Positions 58,820 to 64,000 of a stretch of DNA of 64,000 bases are shown here, piece after piece. The notes under the pieces were generated by a model that did no database searches, was not told the DNA's origin, and saw only the letters and a list, made by a program, of their open reading frames with translations. Made by a program: the position numbers and the translations under genes. Position 1 is the stretch's first letter. The number at the start of each line of letters is the position of its first letter. This stretch comes from Chlorokybus atmophyticus (taxonomy: Eukaryota; Plantae; Mesostigma and Chlorokybus algae): positions 1,285,490 to 1,349,489 of the forward strand of contig RHPI01003369.1 in NCBI GenBank assembly GCA_009103225.1, read 5' to 3'.

Positions 58820-61800
58820 CTAACTGGATCCTCGACCCTTGAGGACATACTTTTTGAGCCCTGGTAGATGCACCAGTGCCAAATAATGGTACCAATCAAT
58901 GCCTGTTAGGTCGAAGTTGAAGCGCTCCTGCTCTTCCGCTGACAGCTCAGAAAATAACCGCAGTGTGTTTGAACTATCAAACCTGCAGTCCACGAGATCC
59001 GTTAGCACACAGTAAGCACAGTGAGCAATGACAGCAGTGCAATGTAGGCTGACTTCCAATTCATCAGTGCACAGACAGAGCAGACAAAGGGCACAATGGC
59101 TGCAATTTGTTGCCGACTGCATGCTAAGTTACAAGGTGCTCACCTACAACTGTAGAACGTGTAAGGCTGGTATATCTTGGCAAAGTAACTCAGCTGCTCG
59201 AACGTCTTCTGCAAAATGGTCAGACGCCGGCGAGCAGAGCCCTCGCGAACAGTGAAGGGAAACAATCTTGCTAACTGCATGGCCAGTTTCCATCGATCAC
59301 ATTGGCAATCACCGATGCCCTCGATTAACATACACCACACATTTGGCTACTGCTTGCGACAACCGTCATGTACGTGGCACATGTGTGCAGCATTCCTGGT
59401 TGCCACCAGGAGTTAAGACATTGGCATGCCACATTGACAACTTACCTGAAGTGGCAGCTGGTACCTAAGCCATGTGTCTGCGGCAAAGGTCTGCTGGTTT
59501 GGGAAGATAATCATCTCTTGCAGCTTGATGGGCTGTCCTTGCTTGTCAACAAACGGTTGACTTGCAAAGTGCCTTGATACGCAGCTTGTGAAGTTGGGGT
59601 TGGTCAGCGGGTTTGCAACTGACGTTGCTACATGGTACACCTACCAACAGTTGAAGCACAACCGCTCAGAAGGTCACAACAACAGTGGCAAACGTCCCAC
59701 ACTGACGTGCCGCACGCAATAGGGAATATACCTCTAGATCTGTAGTCTTTGCATGCCGCACCATCGCCGCCAACATTGCATTGATGACAACGTCTACTGG
59801 AACCTATGGTGATGCGCTCATCAAGTTCAAACATGGGCAACTGCATATGACATGATTATGCGGAGGACAGTCTCCCTGGCCACGTACCACATCCAGCACG
59901 CCATTTTTATCGCCTAGGAAACCGCGCATCTGGCCCTTGCCATATGCAATGATGATAGGGTCCGCCATCCTGCACAACAGCCACGTCCGATTTCTACTTG
60001 CTGCTAGCCACAATCGCAATCTGCGTGATGCTGTGTTCCTTCACAGCAGGATTGGTTGGGTAATAAATTTACCGAATCCCCTCTATCCACCCTTGCGTTG
60101 GCTCTGCCATTGCACTCTCCACAATACTTGGCCTGATGATTGCTACAGGTATGTCACCCCGTTGGCTGGAGACCAGCATCTCACCCATGGCCTTTGTGAA
60201 AACATAGGTGTCCTGCCAGCCGTGCGCGAGCGCCCTGCACCACTACCAGTCAGTCCTGCGGGACAAGAACAGCAACAAGTACGAAACCAAGCACAAGCTG
60301 TGTCCGGTGGTATGATTGCTACAAGCTCGGAACAACTGTTGCTTGGCTGACTTGGTCAGCAATGCTCATCACGTTCAATGTTCTTGCATACCTTTCCATT
60401 CCAAGCGACACAAGCTGTTCCTGTACAAACGTGTTGGTGTCGTTCTCATTGAGCCCTCTCTGCTCTGCTACTTCACGCGCCTTGGTGGCTGTGTCCACCG
60501 CCAGTGCTACCTCAGCCCGCACGTCAAGTTGGGGGGCTGCGTCGCCCATGTGCTCTCGTGCAATGCTATCACCCAGCTGAAAGGGCTTCTCCATCACCTT
60601 CCCTTGTCTTGTGCCATTCACAAACGCTGCAGCACAACAGATGACAAGTGAACTTCGCGCATGCATACATGGTAGCAATGCAGACAAATCAACATGTAGT
60701 GCATTTGCTCTGGTTGGCCCGAATTGTTAGCGCATAGGTAGATAATGTGTGCAAACCTGTAGAGACGTGCACCACTAACTGCAACTGTCTGCACTGCTTT
60801 GCGAACGAGATGATCCTCTCAGCGCCCAGTGTGTTTATCCTGACAGCAGTGTCATACCTGCAGCGCAAAAATGGAACACATTGTTGAGTGCAGCTCTAAA
60901 TGCACGCAGGGCACAACAAGCTGAGCTCATACCGTTCGTCGAAGGTGGTTGTAGCAGCAGAGTTTACGACCACGTCAACCGTGTTCTTTAGCATTTCTGC
61001 CACAGAGGCGTCTAGTCCCAAGTGATCGGATCCAATGTCACCAGAGATGGCTGTGATCCTGCTCGACATGAAGTCTTCATAGCCTGCACCATACGCTTGT
61101 CGCAACCGGTTGAAAACTGGTGCAGGCAACACCTGCTCGTCCACCCTCTGCTGGGCAGATAAGCTTCTCCCGCGAGGCTTGATCAGCATGTAGATCTGCA
61201 CACACTCCAATCAGGACATATTTTCCTGCCACCATGGATTTACATACTTATACTTCAGTGCGCAACTGTGGATGACTCATGAAACGGTGTAGGTTGTAGA
61301 TGTCAGATGCTGCCTGTTACGTTGAGTTCTATGCACACAAGCTTCCATCAAAGCTGGTGCATGCATGCATGCCTGTGATTGCTTTTGTTAAGCAGAGTCT
61401 GCCGTGAACGGTGAACGCTAACAGTATAAAATGTGTTTTTGTATTGACAAGCGCATTGCCCATAGGGCTCACTTCCACCATATACATTCTTGGAATGCGC
61501 AATGAGCTGTACCTGGCCGACATCAGGCTGCTCCCACAGTATCTTCTCTATCAACACCTTGCCCAGAAATCCCGTGCCGCCGGCAATGAGGACGTTCTTG
61601 CCGCGCAGAAACTCCACAATGCTGTCAGTACTACCAGTGGCGGGCTGAGCAGTGGTGGTGGCAGCATCGAAAGTGACCCCAGATCTACTGCTGGCACCAT
61701 TGAATGCAGCAAAACCATTGCTCTGCTGCGGCGCGACAGAAGTGGACGCAGCTGCCTCAAGCTGGCTGCCACGGCTCTCCTCTTGCAGCTGGCCGGCGCC

Positions 61801-61950
61801 CTGACACCGAACAGGCTGGCAGCAAGAGCCAGGGTTCCCTGGTCTCTGAGCAGCAGACCTCTGCTGCTGCGTGCGCTTCAGCGCCGGGCTGCGCGTAACC
61901 AGCGGGGCGGCAGCTGCGGCCGCCGCGGCTGCCTGGTGCATGGCAGCCAT
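58820..61950 (-). CDS. FAR: Alcohol-forming fatty acyl-CoA reductase with an N-terminal transit peptide (MS2/FAR2-like)
   Basis: EFLRGKNVLIAGGTGFLGKVLIEKILWEQPDVG, VVVNSAATTTFDERY, GWQDTYVFTKAMGEM (YxxxK), IIRPSIVES and C-terminal DLTGIDWYHYLALVHLPGLKKYVLK. Confidence 0.93.
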
Positions 61951-62499
61951 GCGGCGACCCAACCCGCCAGCCACCCCGCCCTGGCAGCTGCAACTTCACG
62001 CGTCTCAACCAGTCGCAGGCAAGCAGATCCTCCCCGCAGCTGCCTGTGCCACGGCCACTGCCACCGCCGCCGCTACCACCTTGACATGCTGCCAGCTGGC
62101 ACCAAAATGGACTCCCTGCCAATGCACCTCTCAGAGCCGCCAACTCGCCGGCCGTCCCGGCTAGGACAGCACGCCTGTCGACCGATGCTTGTTCAAGCCA
62201 GTCCGGCAGCTGTCGGTCATGCGCGCGCCTGGCACGCTGGCCCTGCAACAACAACGCCAGCTTTGCGGCACGACACATCCTATGGCTAGCGTTTGAATAT
62301 GTCAAACCGCGCTTTCGCGCGCTTTTTGCAACCATAACGACACTGGCACGGCCAGAGACGTCACGCTACTGGTGCAGGCAGTGCTAGCACCAGTAGCGTA
62401 ACCAGTACAGGCAAAATCGGCATCAATAGCGTGACGCAAACTGGCTAAGAATCTGCATTCTGCACTGGTGTCACCTAAATGGAAGGCATTTACGTAGAA

Positions 62500-62508
62500 T
62501 TAGGGTTT
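62500..62508 (-). promoter_or_regulatory. Telo-box (TTAGGGTTT) in the FAR/epimerase divergent promoter
   Basis: Exact reverse complement of AAACCCTAA about 65 nt upstream of the ATG at 62572. Confidence 0.5.
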
Positions 62509-62571
62509 CTATCCACACGGAGATCCTGCTTGTTGCTGCGGACATTGTCGGTGCTGTTGCACATAGCAGCA

Positions 62572-64000
62572 ATGGCGGCGGTGGTGGCAGTCGGGGGAGT
62601 AGTCTCATTGGTCGGTGTGCAGAGGGCTGCAGCTGCTGCGCCTGCGCAGACGTCAGTGCGGCGTCATAGCCCCCGTGCCGTGCTGCATGGCATCCAGCTC
62701 GTGCATGGCCGTCGCACCGGTGGCGCTGCTGCGTGGCCAGTGGCCAGCAGCAGCAGAACATGCCGGATGGCTCGCAGGAGTCTTGTCGTTCACGCTTCCA
62801 CTGCGACGTAAGCTATTACACTATTTACGCAGCTTAAAGAACTCGTTGGATCACAGCATATGCCTGTTGTGCATTAACTGCATGGTACTGCCGACTTCGG
62901 CTTGCACAAGGTGCTTGCTGATGGTGCTGCAGCTTGCACTGTACACAGCAGAGGTGCATCAATATTCGTATCCTTCACAATTTTCAAGCTGCTCAACGTA
63001 TCACATCAAGGCTGTCAATGAACGCTGCTACATGATGCGTTATCGGAACGCTGCTATGAACTGACTGTCAAACCTTGATTAGAGACACAGACGCACAGGC
63101 CTTGAACGAGAAGTTTGGCGTCAAGGATAGCGTCATCATCGACGAGGGCCAAGGTGGACTTACGAGGGTGACTCTGAAGCACGCCTCTGGAAGGTTCGGA
63201 GTGATTGATTCTAGCTACAGTGCGGCTTGCTGTTCTACCAACATAGCGAGCATGATGGTCACGTGCATTGCGTGATTCCTGCTTGCGCTTTGGCAGCTCA
63301 GCTGAGCTCTACCTCTACGGAGCATGTGTCACGTCCTGGGTCTTGCCCAAGTAAGTTCACACTGCCAATGCTGTGACAACTGGCAAGCACAGTGCAATGC
63401 ATGGTCAAGTGGAAAACCTCCCGAATGTCACAAGACTGAATTGACAGGGTGGGAGACGTGCTGTATGTGCGCCCTGACGCCGTGTTTACTGGCAAGAAGC
63501 CCATCAGGTTGGCAATTGAGTTGGCGAATGCATTGCTGGGGTGTCGATCTAGTCAACATTGGAACCTGGCGTGCATGGCATGCTCAATGTTGTTATCTGG
63601 CAGCACCCTGTGCTGACGCTGCTTGTTGGCAGTGGCGGTATCCCTCATTGCTTTCCGCAGTTCGGGCCTGGAGCCATGCAACAGGTTGGTTGTCAATTGA
63701 ACAGCTTGCAGTTCATTCAAAAGCAAAAAGTGGCGGGGCGTGATGAAGTACGCAGTCTGGGCGGGGATGATTGTTGGTGTGTGTGCAGCACGGCTTTGCG
63801 CGCAACTTGAACTGGGAGATCGCGTCAACATCAGCAGATGTCAACCCCGACGAACCGGAGCCAAGCATTGAGTTGACGCTGACAGACAATGAATACACGC
63901 GCGCAATGTTTGACTACTCTTTCAGAGCCGTGTACTCGGTAAGCTTGCCCGAATCCATTGCCATGTTGCAACTGCGGTGTTTGCGATTGCAGTTGCATCT
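62572..64000 (+). CDS. Plastid glucose-6-phosphate 1-epimerase / aldose 1-epimerase family protein (3' end beyond the window)
   Basis: Transit peptide, then SAELYLYGACVTSW, VLYVRPDAVFTGKKPISGGIPHCFPQFGPG and QHGFARN. Confidence 0.9.

Overview
This window is from an intron-rich, gene-dense eukaryote of the green lineage. Plant-type FAR, FHY/RFK, PAS2 and RRC1-like genes, plastid transit peptides and GT..tgcAG introns suggest a green alga or early streptophyte (inference). From about 11.6 kb onward it is mostly housekeeping genes, many head-to-head: a plastid NTF2/SnoaL protein, a conserved plastid membrane protein, WDR4/TRM82, BZW/5MP, TIM10, U2SURP, PAS2, ATP10, U2AF65, a long coiled-coil protein, riboflavin kinase/FMN phosphatase, SAE1, fatty acyl-CoA reductase and a partial glucose-6-phosphate 1-epimerase. 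The first 11.5 kb is different: AT-richer, gap- and repeat-laden, and gene-poor. It contains two tandemly duplicated, spliced, intact genes. Their manually assembled proteins show the Ninjurin (NINJ1-like) motif order: NxYxxxKS, LxxAN, a first TM ending in LQ, and a second TM beginning LNxxxT. Ninjurins are characterised in animals as executors of plasma-membrane rupture, so a Ninjurin-like pair here is the top lead. All gene models were spliced by eye, and no database searches were run.
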